Below, piece after piece: positions 23,701 through 37,600 of a DNA stretch of 64,000 bases. A program made the translations under genes and the position numbers. Origin of the DNA: Tubulanus polymorphus (taxonomy: Eukaryota; Animalia; Nemertea); assembly GCF_964204645.1 (NCBI RefSeq), contig NW_027437433.1:62001-126000 (forward strand), in the 5' to 3' direction. The first letter of the stretch is position 1. Every line of letters begins with the position of its first letter. The notes below the pieces were generated by a model. That model saw only the letters and a list, made by a program, of their open reading frames with translations. It ran no database searches and had not been told where the DNA came from.

Positions 23701-26700
23701 CAGAATTTTCTGGCTGCTTTTGGTTCTAAAGATGATGGATTCAATCTGAAAAGATGGGTTAAGGCTTATTGAACTGATTTCAAATAGAAAGGTGGAAAGA
23801 ATCAGAATTTTCTGGCTGCATTTGGTCCTGAAGATGATAGACTCGATCCGAAATGATAGGTTAAGGTAAACTGAACTTATTTCGAGTAGATGGGTTGAAA
23901 GATACAGATTTTTCTAGCTAAATATGGTTCTAAAGATGATGAATTATAACTCAATGGATGGGTTTGGGTGTATTGAACTGATATCAAATAGATAGGTGGA
24001 AAGAATAAGAATTTTCTGGCTGCTTTTGGTTCTGAAGATGATGGATTCAATCTGAAAAGATGAGTAAAGGCGTATTGAACTGATTTCAAATAGATAGGTG
24101 GAAAGAAACAGAATTTTCTGGCTGCTTTTGGTTCTAAAGATGATGGATTCAATCTGAAAAGATGGGTTAAGGCTTATTGAACTGATTTCAAATAGATAGG
24201 TGGAAAGAATCAGAATTTTCTGGCTGCATTTGGTTCTGAAGATGATAGACTCGATCCGAAATGATAGGTTAAGGTAAACTGAACTTATTTCGAGTAGATG
24301 GGTTGAAAGATACAGATTTTTCTAGCTAAATATGGTTCTAAAGATGATGAATTATAACTTAATTGATGGGTTTGGGTGTATTGAACTAATATCAAATAGA
24401 TAGGTGGAAAGAATAAGAATTTTCTGGCTGCTTTTGGTTCTGAAGATGATGGATTCAATCTGAAAAGATGAGTAAAGGCGTATTGAACTGATTTCAAATA
24501 GATAGGTGGAAAGAAACAGAATTTTCTGGCTGCTTTTGGTTCTAAAGATGATGGATTCAATCTGAAAAGATGAGTAAAGGCGTATTGAACTGATTTCAAA
24601 TAGATAGGTGGAAAGAAACAGAATTTTCTGGCTGCTTTTGGTTCTAAAGATGATGGATTCAATCTGAAAAGATGAGTAAAGGCGTATTGAACTGATTTAA
24701 AATATATAGGTGGAAAGAATCAGAATTTTCTGGCTGCATTTGGTTCTGAAGATGATAGACTCGATCCGAAATGATAGGTTAAGGTAAACTGAACTTATTT
24801 CGAGTAGATGGGTTGAAAGATACAGATTTTTCTAGCTAAATATGGTTCTAAAGATGATGAATTCTATCTTAATTGATGGGTTTGGGTGTATTGAACTGAT
24901 ATCAAATAGATAGGTGGAAAGAATAAGAATTTTCTGGCTGCTTTTGGTTCTGAAGATGATGGATTCAATCTGAAAAGATGAGTAAAGGCGTATTGAACTG
25001 ATTTCAAATAGATAGGTGGAAAGAAACAGAATTTTCTGGCTGCTTTTGGTTCTAAAGATGATGGATTCAATCTGAAAAGATGGGTTAAGGCTTATTGAAC
25101 TGATTTCAAATAGATAGGTGGAAAGAAACAGAATTTTCTGGCTGCTTTTGGTTCTAAAGATGATGGATTCAATCTGAAAAGATGGGTTAAGGCTTATTGA
25201 ACTGATTTCAAATAGATAGGTGGAAAGAATCAGAATTTTCTGGCTGCATTTGGTTCTGAAGATGATAGACTCGATCCGAAATGATAGGTTAAGGTAAACT
25301 GAACTTATTTCGAGTAGATGGGTTGAAAGATACAGATTTTTCTAGCTAAATATGGTTCTAAAGATGATGAATTCTATCTTAATTGATGGGTTTGGGTGTA
25401 TTGAACTGATATCAAATAGATAGGTGGAAAGAATAAGAATTTTCTGGCTGCTTTTGGTTCTGAAGATGATGGATTCAATCTGAAAAGATGAGTAAAGGCG
25501 TATTGAACTGATTTCAAATAGATAGGTGGAAAGAAACCGAATTTTCTGGCTGCTTTTGTTTCTAAAGTTGATGGATCAATGTGAAAAGATGGGTTAAGGC
25601 GTATTGAACTGATTTCAAATAGATAGGTGGAAAGAAACAGAATTTTCTGGCTGCTTTTGGTTCTAAAGATGATGGATTCAATCTGAAAAGATGGGTTAAG
25701 GCTTATTGAACTGATTTCAAATAGAAAGGTGGAAAGAATCAGAATTTTCTGGCTGCATTTGGTCCTGAAGATGATAGACTCGATCCGAAATGATAGGTTA
25801 AGGTAAACTCAACTTATTTCGAGTAGATGGGTTGAAAGATACAGATTTTTCTAGCTAAATATGGTTCTAAAGATGATGAATTATAACTCAATTGATGGGT
25901 TTGGGTGTATTGAACTGATATCAAATAGATAGGTGGAAAGAATAAGAATTTTCTGGCTGCTTTTGGTTCTGAAGATGATGGATTCAATCTGAAACGATGA
26001 GTAAAGGCGTATTGAACTGATTTCAAATAGATAGGTGGAAAGAAACAGAATTTTCTGGCTGCTTTTGGTTCTAAAGATGATGGATTCAATCTGAAAAGAT
26101 GGGTTAAGGCTTATTGAACTGATTTCAAATAGATAGGTGGAAAGAATCAGAATTTTCTGGCTGCATTTGGTTCTGAAGATGATATACTCGATCCGAAATG
26201 ATAGGTTAAGGTAAACTGAACTTATTTCGAGTAGATGGGTTGAAAGATACAGATTTTTCTAGCTAAATATGGTTCTAAAGATGATGAATTCTATCTTAAT
26301 TGATGGGTTTGGGTGTATTGAACTGATATCAAATAGATAGGTGGAAAGAATAAGAATTTTCTGGCTGCTTTTGGTTCTGAAGATGATGGATTCAATCTGA
26401 AAAGATGAGTAAAGGCGTATTGAACTGATTTCAAATAGATAGGTGGAAAGAAACAGAATTTTCTGGCTGCTTTTAGTTCTAAAGATGATGGATTCAATCT
26501 GAAAAGATGGGTTAAGGCTTATTGAACTGATTTCAAATAGATAGGTGGAAAGAATCAGAATTTTCTGGCTGCATTTGGTTCTGAAGATGATAGACTCGAT
26601 CCGAAATGATAGGTTAAGGTAAACTGAACTTATTTCGAGTAGATGGGTTGAAAGATACAGATTTTTCTAGCTAAATATGGTTCTAAAGATGATGAATTAT

Positions 26701-29700
26701 AACTTAATTGATGGGTTTGGGTGTATTGAACTGATATCAAATAGATAGGTGGAAAGAATAAGAATTTTCTGGCTGCTTTTGGTTCTGAAGATGATGGATT
26801 CAATCTGAAAAGATGAGTAAAGGCGTATTGAACTGATTTCAAATAGATAGGTGGAAAGAAACAGAATTTTCTGGCTGCTTTTGGTTCTAAAGATGATGGA
26901 TTCAATCTGAAAAGATGAGTAAAGGCGTATTGAACTGATTTAAAATAGATAGGTGGAAAGAATCAGAATTTTCTGGCTGCATTTGGTTCTGAAGATGATA
27001 GACTCGATCCGAAATGATAGGTTAAGGTAAACTGAACTTATTTCGAGTAGATGGGGTGAAAGATACAGATTTTTCTAGCTAAATATGGTTCTAAAGATGA
27101 TGAATTCTATCTTAATTGATGGGTTTGGGTGTATTGAACTGATATCAAATAGATAGGTGGAAAGAATAAGAATTTTCTGGCTGCTTTTGGTTCTGAAGAT
27201 GATGGATTCAATCTGAAAAGATGAGTAAAGGCGTATTGAACTGATTTCAAATAGATAGGTGGAAAGAAACAGAATTTTCTGGCTGCTTTTGGTTCTAAAG
27301 ATGATGGATTCAATCTGAAAAGATGGGTTAAGGCTTATTGAACTGATTTCAAATAGATAGGTGGAAAGAAACAGAATTTTCTGGCTGCTTTTGGTTCTAA
27401 AGATGATGGATTCAATCTGAAAAGATGGGTTAAGGCTTATTGAACTGATTTAAAATAGATAGGTGGAAAGAATCAGAATTTTCTGGCTGCTTTTGGTTCT
27501 AAAGATGATGGATTCAATCTGAAAAGATGAGTAAAGGCGTATTGAACTGATTTAAAATAGATAGGTGGAAAGAATCAGAATTTTCTGGCTGCATTTGGTT
27601 CTGAAGATGATAGACTCGATCCGAAATGATAGGTTAAGGTAAACTGAACTTATTTCGAGTAGATGGGTTGAAAGATACAGATTTTTCTAGCTAAATATGG
27701 TTCTAAAGATGATGAATTCTATCTCAATTGATGGGTTTGGGTGTATTGAACTGATATCAAATAGATAGGTGGAAAGAATAAGAATTTTCTGGCTGCTTTT
27801 GGTTCTGAAGATGATGGATTCAATCTGAAAAGATGAGTAAAGGCGTATTGAACTGATTTCAAATAGATAGGTGGAAAGAAACAGAATTTTCTGGCTGCTT
27901 TTGGTTCTAAAGATGATGGATTCAATCTGAAAAGATGGGTTAAGGCTTATTGAACTGATTTCAAATAGATAGGTGGAAAGAAACAGAATTTTCTGGCTGC
28001 TTTTGGTTCTAAAGATGATGGATTCAATCTGAAAAGATGGGTTAAGGCTTATTGAACTGATTTAAAATAGATAGGTGGAAAGAATCAGAATTTTCTGGCT
28101 GCTTTTGGTTCTGAAGATGATGGATTCAATCTGAAAAGATGGGTTAAGGCGTATTGAACTGATTTCAAATAGATAGGTGGAAAGAAACCGAATTTTCTTG
28201 CTGCTTTTGTTTCTAAAGATGATGGATCAATGTGAAAAGATGGGTTAAGGCGTATTGAACTGATTTCAAATAGATAGGTGGAAAGAAACAGAATTTTCTG
28301 GCTGCTTTTGGTTCTAAAGATGATGGATTCAATCTGAAAAGATGGGTTAAGGCTTATTGAACTGATTTCAAATAGAAAGGTGGAAAGAATCAGAATTTTC
28401 TGGCTGCATTTGGTCCTGAAGATGATAGACTCGATCCGAAATGATAGGTTAAGGTAAACTGAACTTATTTCGAGTAGATGGGTTGAAAGATACAGATTTT
28501 TCTAGCTAAATATGGTTCTAAAGATGATGAATTATAACTCAATTGATGGGTTTGGGTGTATTGAACTGATATCAAATAGATAGGTGGAAAGAATAAGAAT
28601 TTTCTGGCTGCTTTTGGTTCTGAAGATGATGGATTCAATCTGAAAAGATGAGTAAAGGCGTATTGAACTGATTTCAAATAGATAGGTGGAAAGAAACAGA
28701 ATTTTCTGGCTGCTTTTGGTTCTAAAGATGATGGATTCAATCTGAAAAGATGGGTTAAGGCTTATTGAACTGATTTCAAATAGATAGGTGGAAAGAATCA
28801 GAATTTTCTGGCTGCATTTGGTTCTGAAGATGATAGACTCGATCCGAAATGATAGGTTAAGGTAAACTGAACTTATTTCGAGTAGATGGGTTGAAAGATA
28901 CAGATTTTTCTAGCTAAATATGGTTCTAAAGATGATGAATTCTATCTTAATTGATGGGTTTGGGTGTATTGAACTGATATCAAATAGATAGGTGGAAAGA
29001 ATAAGAATTTTCTGGCTGCTTTTGGTTCTGAAGATGATGGATTCAATCTGAAAAGATGAGTAAAGGCGTATTGAACTGATTTCAAATAGATAGGTGGAAA
29101 GAAACAGAATTTTCTGGCTGCTTTTGGTTCTAAAGATGATGGATTCAATCTGAAAAGATGGGTTAAGGCTTATTGAACTGATTTCAAATAGAAAGGTGGA
29201 AAGAATCAGAATTTTCTGGCTGCATTTGGTCCTGAAGATGATAGACTCGATCCGAAATGATAGGTTAAGGTAAACTGAACTTATTTCGAGTAGATGGGTT
29301 GAAAGATACAGATTTTTCTAGCTAAATATGGTTCTAAAGATGATGAATTATAACTCAATTGATGGGTTTGGGTGTATTGAACTGATATCAAATAGATAGG
29401 TGGAAAGAATAAGAATTTTCTGGCTGCTTTTGGTTCTGAAGATGATGGATTCAATCTGAAAAGATGAGTAAAGGCGTATTGAACTGATTTCAAATAGATA
29501 GGTGGAAAGAAACAGAATTTTCTGGCTGCTTTTGGTTCTAAAGATGATGGATTCAATCTGAAAAGATGAGTAAAGGCGTATTGAACTGATTTCAAATAGA
29601 TAGGTGGAAAGAAACAGAATTTTCTGGCTGCTTTTGGTTCTAAAGATGATGGATTCAATCTGAAAAGATGAGTAAAGGCGTATTGAACTGATTTAAAATA

Positions 29701-31603
29701 TATAGGTGGAAAGAATCAGAATTTTCTGGCTGCATTTGGTTCTGAAGATGATAGACTCGATCCGAAATGATAGGTTAAGGTAAACTGAACTTATTTCGAG
29801 TAGATGGGTTGAAAGATACAGATTTTTCTAGCTAAATATGGTTCTAAAGATGATGAATTCTATCTTAATTGATGGGTTTGGGTGTATTGAACTGATATCA
29901 AATAGATAGGTGGAAAGAATAAGAATTTTCTGGCTGCTTTTGGTTCTGAAGATGATGGATTCAATCTGAAAAGATGAGTAAAGGCGTATTGAACTGATTT
30001 CAAATAGATAGGTGGAAAGAAACAGAATTTTCTGGCTGCTTTTGGTTCTAAAGATGATGGATTCAATCTGAAAAGATGGGTTAAGGCTTATTGAACTGAT
30101 TTCAAATAGATAGGTGGAAAGAAACAGAATTTTCTGGCTGCTTTTGGTTCTAAAGATGATGGATTCAATCTGAAAAGATGGGTTAAGGCTTATTGAACTG
30201 ATTTCAAATAGATAGGTGGAAAGAATCAGAATTTTCTGGCTGCATTTGGTTCTGAAGATGATAGACTCGATCCGAAATGATAGGTTAAGGTAAACTGAAC
30301 TTATTTCGAGTAGATGGGTTGAAAGATACAGATTTTTCTAGCTAAATATGGTTCTAAAGATGATGAATTCTATCTTAATTGATGGGTTTGGGTGTATTGA
30401 ACTGATATCAAATAGATAGGTGGAAAGAATAAGAATTTTCTGGCTGCTTTTGGTTCTGAAGATGATGGATTCAATCTGAAAAGATGAGTAAAGGCGTATT
30501 GAACTGATTTCAAATAGATAGGTGGAAAGAAACCGAATTTTCTGGCTGCTTTTGTTTCTAAAGTTGATGGATCAATGTGAAAAGATGGGTTAAGGCGTAT
30601 TGAACTGATTTCAAATAGATAGGTGGAAAGAAACAGAATTTTCTGGCTGCTTTTGGTTCTAAAGATGATGGATTCAATCTGAAAAGATGGGTTAAGGCTT
30701 ATTGAACTGATTTCAAATAGAAAGGTGGAAAGAATCAGAATTTTCTGGCTGCATTTGGTCCTGAAGATGATAGACTCGATCCGAAATGATAGGTTAAGGT
30801 AAACTCAACTTATTTCGAGTAGATGGGTTAAAAGATACAGATTTTTCTAGCTAAATATGGTTCTAAAGATGATGAATTATAACTCAATTGATGGGTTTGG
30901 GTGTATTGAACTGATATCAAATAGATAGGTGGAAAGAATAAGAATTTTCTGGCTGCTTTTGGTTCTGAAGATGATGGATTCAATCTGAAACGATGAGTAA
31001 AGGCGTATTGAACTGATTTCAAATAGATAGGTGGAAAGAAACAGAATTTTCTGGCTGCTTTTGGTTCTAAAGATGATGGATTCAATCTGAAAAGATGGGT
31101 TAAGGCTTATTGAACTGATTTCAAATAGATAGGTGGAAAGAAACAGAATTTTCTGGCTGCTTTTGGTTCTAAAGATGATGGATTCAATCTGAAAAGATGG
31201 GTTAAGGCTTATTGAACTGATTTAAAATAGATAGGTGGAAAGAATCAGAATTTTCTGGCTGCTTTTGGTTCTGAAGATGATGGATTCAATCTGAAAAGAT
31301 GGGTTAAGGCGTATTGAACTGATTTCAAATAGATAGGTGGAAAGAAACCGAATTTTCTTGCTGCTTTTGTTTCTAAAGATGATGGATCAATGTGAAAAGA
31401 TGGGTTAAGGCGTATTGAACTGATTTCAAATAGATAGGTGGAAAGAAACAGAATTTTCTGGCTGCTTTTGGTTCTAAAGATGATGGATTCAATCTGAAAA
31501 GATGAGTAAAGGCGTATTGAACTGATTTAAAATAGATAGGTGGAAAGAATCAGAATTTTCTGGCTGCATTTGGTTCTGAAGATGATAGACTCGATCCGAA
31601 ATG

Positions 31604-34600
31604 ATAGGTTAAGGTAAACTGAACTTATTTCGAGTAGATGGGTTGAAAGATACAGATTTTTCTAGCTAAATATGGTTCTAAAGATGATGAATTCTATCTC
31701 AATTGATGGGTTTGGGTGTATTGAACTGATATCAAATAGATAGGTGGAAAGAATAAGAATTTTCTGGCTGCTTTTGGTTCTGAAGATGATGGATTCAATC
31801 TGAAAAGATGAGTAAAGGCGTATTGAACTGATTTCAAATAGATAGGTGGAAAGAAACAGAATTTTCTGGCTGCTTTTGGTTCTAAAGATGATGGATTCAA
31901 TCTGAAAAGATGGGTTAAGGCTTATTGAACTGATTTCAAATAGATAGGTGGAAAGAAACAGAATTTTCTGGCTGCTTTTGGTTCTAAAGATGATGGATTC
32001 AATCTGAAAAGATGGGTTAAGGCTTATTGAACTGATTTAAAATAGATAGGTGGAAAGAATCAGAATTTTCTGGCTGCTTTTGGTTCTGAAGATGATGGAT
32101 TCAATCTGAAAAGATGGGTTAAGGCGTATTGAACTGATTTCAAATAGATAGGTGGAAAGAAACCGAATTTTCTTGCTGCTTTTGTTTCTAAAGATGATGG
32201 ATCAATGTGAAAAGATGGGTTAAGGCGTATTGAACTGATTTCAAATAGATAGGTGGAAAGAAACAGAATTTTCTGGCTGCTTTTGGTTCTAAAGATGATG
32301 GATTCAATCTGAAAAGATGGGTTAAGGCTTATTGAACTGATTTCAAATAGAAAGGTGGAAAGAATCAGAATTTTCTGGCTGCATTTGGTCCTGAAGATGA
32401 TAGACTCGATCCGAAATGATAGGTTAAGGTAAACTGAACTTATTTCGAGTAGATGGGTTGAAAGATACAGATTTTTCTAGCTAAATATGGTTCTAAAGAT
32501 GATGAATTATAACTCAATTGATGGGTTTGGGTGTATTGAACTGATATCAAATAGATAGGTGGAAAGAATAAGAATTTTCTGGCTGCTTTTGGTTCTGAAG
32601 ATGATGGATTCAATCTGAAAAGATGAGTAAAGGCGTATTGAACTGATTTCAAATAGATAGGTGGAAAGAAACAGAATTTTCTGGCTGCTTTTGGTTCTAA
32701 AGATGATGGATTCAATCTGAAAAGATGGGTTAAGGCTTATTGAACTGATTTCAAATAGATAGGTGGAAAGAATCAGAATTTTCTGGCTGCATTTGGTTCT
32801 GAAGATGATAGACTCGATCCGAAATGATAGGTTAAGGTAAACTGAACTTATTTCGAGTAGATGGGTTGAAAGATACAGATTTTTCTAGCTAAATATGGTT
32901 CTAAAGATGATGAATTCTATCTTAATTGATGGGTTTGGGTGTATTGAACTGATATCAAATAGATAGGTGGAAAGAATAAGAATTTTCTGGCTGCTTTTGG
33001 TTCTGAAGATGATGGATTCAATCTGAAAAGATGAGTAAAGGCGTATTGAACTGATTTCAAATAGATAGGTGGAAAGAAACAGAATTTTCTGGCTGCTTTT
33101 GGTTCTAAAGATGATGGATTCAATCTGAAAAGATGGGTTAAGGCTTATTGAACTGATTTCAAATAGAAAGGTGGAAAGAATCAGAATTTTCTGGCTGCAT
33201 TTGGTCCTGAAGATGATAGACTCGATCCGAAATGATAGGTTAAGGTAAACTGAACTTATTTCGAGTAGATGGGTTGAAAGATACAGATTTTTCTAGCTAA
33301 ATATGGTTCTAAAGATGATGAATTATAACTCAATTGATGGGTTTGGGTGTATTGAACTGATATCAAATAGATAGGTGGAAAGAATAAGAATTTTCTGGCT
33401 GCTTTTGGTTCTGAAGATGATGGATTCAATCTGAAACGATGAGTAAAGGCGTATTGAACTGATTTCAAATAGATAGGTGGAAAGAAACAGAATTTTCTGG
33501 CTGCTTTTGGTTCTAAAGATGATGGATTCAATCTGAAAAGATGGGTTAAGGCTTATTGAACTGATTTCAAATAGATAGGTGGAAAGAATCAGAATTTTCT
33601 GGCTGCATTTGGTTCTGAAGATGATAGACTCGATCCGAAATGATAGGTTAAGGTAAACTGAACTTATTTCGAGTAGATGGGTTGAAAGATACAGATTTTT
33701 CTAGCTAAATATGGTTCTAAAGATGATGAATTCTATCTTAATTGATGGGTTTGGGTGTATTGAACTGATATCAAATAGATAGGTGGAAAGAATAAGAATT
33801 TTCTGGCTGCTTTTGGTTCTGAAGATGATGGATTCAATCTGAAAAGATGAGTAAAGGCGTATTGAACTGATTTCAAATAGATAGGTGGAAAGAAACAGAA
33901 TTTTCTGGCTGCTTTTAGTTCTAAAGATGATGGATTCAATCTGAAAAGATGGGTTAAGGCTTATTGAACTGATTTCAAATAGATAGGTGGAAAGAATCAG
34001 AATTTTCTGGCTGCATTTGGTTCTGAAGATGATAGACTCGATCCGAAATGATAGGTTAAGGTAAACTGAACTTATTTCGAGTAGATGGGTTGAAAGATAC
34101 AGATTTTTCTAGCTAAATATGGTTCTAAAGATGATGAATTCTATCTTAATTGATGGGTTTGGGTGTATTGAACTGATATCAAATAGATAGGTGGAAAGAA
34201 TAAGAATTTTCTGGCTGCTTTTGGTTCTGAAGATGATGGATTCAATCTGAAAAGATGAGTAAAGGCGTATTGAACTGATTTCAAATAGATAGGTGGAAAG
34301 AAACAGAATTTTCTGGCTGCTTTTGGTTCTAAAGATGATGGATTCAATCTGAAAAGATGGGTTAAGGCTTATTGAACTGATTTCAAATATATAGGTGGAA
34401 AGAAACAGAATTTTCTGGCTGCTTTTGGTTCTAAAGATGATGGATTCAATCTGAAAAGATGGGTTAAGGCTTATTGAACTGATTTAAAATAGATAGGTGG
34501 AAAGAAACAGAATTTTCTGGCTGCTTTTGGTTCTAAAGATGATGGATTCAATCTGAAAAGATGGGTTAAGGCTTATTGAACTGATTTCAAATATATAGGT

Positions 34601-37600
34601 GGAAAGAAACAGAATTTTCTGGCTGCTTTTGGTTCTAAAGATGATGGATTCAATCTGAAAAGATGGGTTAAGGCTTATTGAACTGATTTAAAATAGATAG
34701 GTGGAAAGAATCAGAATTTTCTGGCTGCTTTTGGTTCTGAAGATGATGGATTCAATCTGAAAAGATGGGTTAAGGCGTATTGAACTGATTTCAAATAGAT
34801 AGGTGGAAAGAAACAGAATTTTCTGGCTGCTTTTGGTTCTAAAGATGATGGATTCAATCTGAAAAGATGGGTTAAGGCTTATTGAACTGATTTCAAATAG
34901 AAAGGTGGAAAGAATCAGAATTTTCTGGCTGCATTTGGTCCTGAAGATGATAGACTCGATCCGAAATGATAGGTTAAGGTAAACTGAACTTATTTCGAGT
35001 AGATGGGTTGAAAGATACAGATTTTTCTAGCTAAATATGGTTCTAAAGATGATGAATTATAACTCAATTGATGGGTTTGGGTGTATTGAACTGATATCAA
35101 ATAGATAGGTGGAAAGAATAAGAATTTTCTGGCTGCTTTTGGTTCTGAAGATGATGGATTCAATCTGAAAAGATGAGTAAAGGCGTATTGAACTGATTTC
35201 AAATAGATAGGTGGAAAGAAACAGAATTTTCTGGCTGCTTTTGGTTCTAAAGATGATGGATTCAATCTGAAAAGATGGGTTAAGGCTTATTGAACTGATT
35301 TCAAATAGATAGGTGGAAAGAATCAGAATTTTCTGGCTGCATTTGGTTCTGAAGATGATAGACTCGATCCGAAATGATAGGTTAAGGTAAACTGAACTTA
35401 TTTCGAGTAGATGGGTTGAAAGATACAGATTTTTCTAGCTAAATATGGTTCTAAAGATGATGAATTCTATCTTAATTGATGGGTTTGGGTGTATTGAACT
35501 GATATCAAATAGATAGGTGGAAAGAATAAGAATTTTCTGGCTGCTTTTGGTTCTGAAGATGATGGATTCAATCTGAAAAGATGAGTAAAGGCGTATTGAA
35601 CTGATTTCAAATAGATAGGTGGAAAGAAACAGAATTTTCTGGCTGCTTTTGGTTCTAAAGATGATGGATTCAATCTGAAAAGATGGGTTAAGGCTTATTG
35701 AACTGATTTCAAATAGAAAGGTGGAAAGAATCAGAATTTTCTGGCTGCATTTGGTCCTGAAGATGATAGACTCGATCCGAAATGATAGGTTAAGGTAAAC
35801 TGAACTTATTTCGAGTAGATGGGTTGAAAGATACAGATTTTTCTAGCTAAATATGGTTCTAAAGATGATGAATTATAACTCAATTGATGGGTTTGGGTGT
35901 ATTGAACTGATATCAAATAGATAGGTGGAAAGAATAAGAATTTTCTGGCTGCTTTTGGTTCTGAAGATGATGGATTCAATCTGAAACGATGAGTAAAGGC
36001 GTATTGAACTGATTTCAAATAGATAGGTGGAAAGAAACAGAATTTTCTGGCTGCTTTTGGTTCTAAAGATGATGGATTCAATCTGAAAAGATGGGTTAAG
36101 GCTTATTGAACTGATTTCAAATAGATAGGTGGAAAGAATCAGAATTTTCTGGCTGCATTTGGTTCTGAAGATGATAGACTCGATCCGAAATGATAGGTTA
36201 AGGTAAACTGAACTTATTTCGAGTAGATGGGTTGAAAGATACAGATTTTTCTAGCTAAATATGGTTCTAAAGATGATGAATTCTATCTTAATTGATGGGT
36301 TTGGGTGTATTGAACTGATATCAAATAGATAGGTGGAAAGAATAAGAATTTTCTGGCTGCTTTTGGTTCTGAAGATGATGGATTCAATCTGAAAAGATGA
36401 GTAAAGGCGTATTGAACTGATTTCAAATAGATAGGTGGAAAGAAACAGAATTTTCTGGCTGCTTTTAGTTCTAAAGATGATGGATTCAATCTGAAAAGAT
36501 GGGTTAAGGCTTATTGAACTGATTTCAAATAGATAGGTGGAAAGAATCAGAATTTTCTGGCTGCATTTGGTTCTGAAGATGATAGACTCGATCCGAAATG
36601 ATAGGTTAAGGTAAACTGAACTTATTTCGAGTAGATGGGTTGAAAGATACAGATTTTTCTAGCTAAATATGGTTCTAAAGATGATGAATTCTATCTTAAT
36701 TGATGGGTTTGGGTGTATTGAACTGATATCAAATAGATAGGTGGAAAGAATAAGAATTTTCTGGCTGCTTTTGGTTCTGAAGATGATGGATTCAATCTGA
36801 AAAGATGAGTAAAGGCGTATTGAACTGATTTCAAATAGATAGGTGGAAAGAAACAGAATTTTCTGGCTGCTTTTGGTTCTAAAGATGATGGATTCAATCT
36901 GAAAAGATGGGTTAAGGCTTATTGAACTGATTTCAAATATATAGGTGGAAAGAAACAGAATTTTCTGGCTGCTTTTGGTTCTAAAGATGATGGATTCAAT
37001 CTGAAAAGATGGGTTAAGGCTTATTGAACTGATTTAAAAGAGATAGGTGGAAAGAATCAGAATTTTCTGGCTGCTTTTGGTTCTGAAGATGATGGATTCA
37101 ATCTGAAAAGATGGGTTAAGGCGTATTGAACTGATTTCAAATAGATAGGTGGAAAGAAACCGAATTTTCTGGCTGCTTTTGTTTCTAAAGTTGATGGATC
37201 AATGTGAAAAGATGGGTTAAGGCGTATTGAACTGATTTCAAATAGATAGGTGGAAAGAAACAGAATTTTCTGGCTGCTTTTGGTTCTAAAGATGATGGAT
37301 TCAATCTGAAAAGATGGGTTAAGGCTTATTGAACTGATTTCAAATAGAAAGGTGGAAAGAATCAGAATTTTCTGGCTGCATTTGGTCCTGAAGATGATAG
37401 ACTCGATCCGAAATGATAGGTTAAGGTAAACTGAACTTATTTCGAGTAGATGGGTTGAAAGATACAGATTTTTCTAGCTAAATATGGTTCTAAAGATGAT
37501 GAATTATAACTCAATTGATGGGTTTGGGTGTATTGAACTGATATCAAATAGATAGGTGGAAAGAATAAGAATTTTCTGGCTGCTTTTGGTTCTGAAGATG

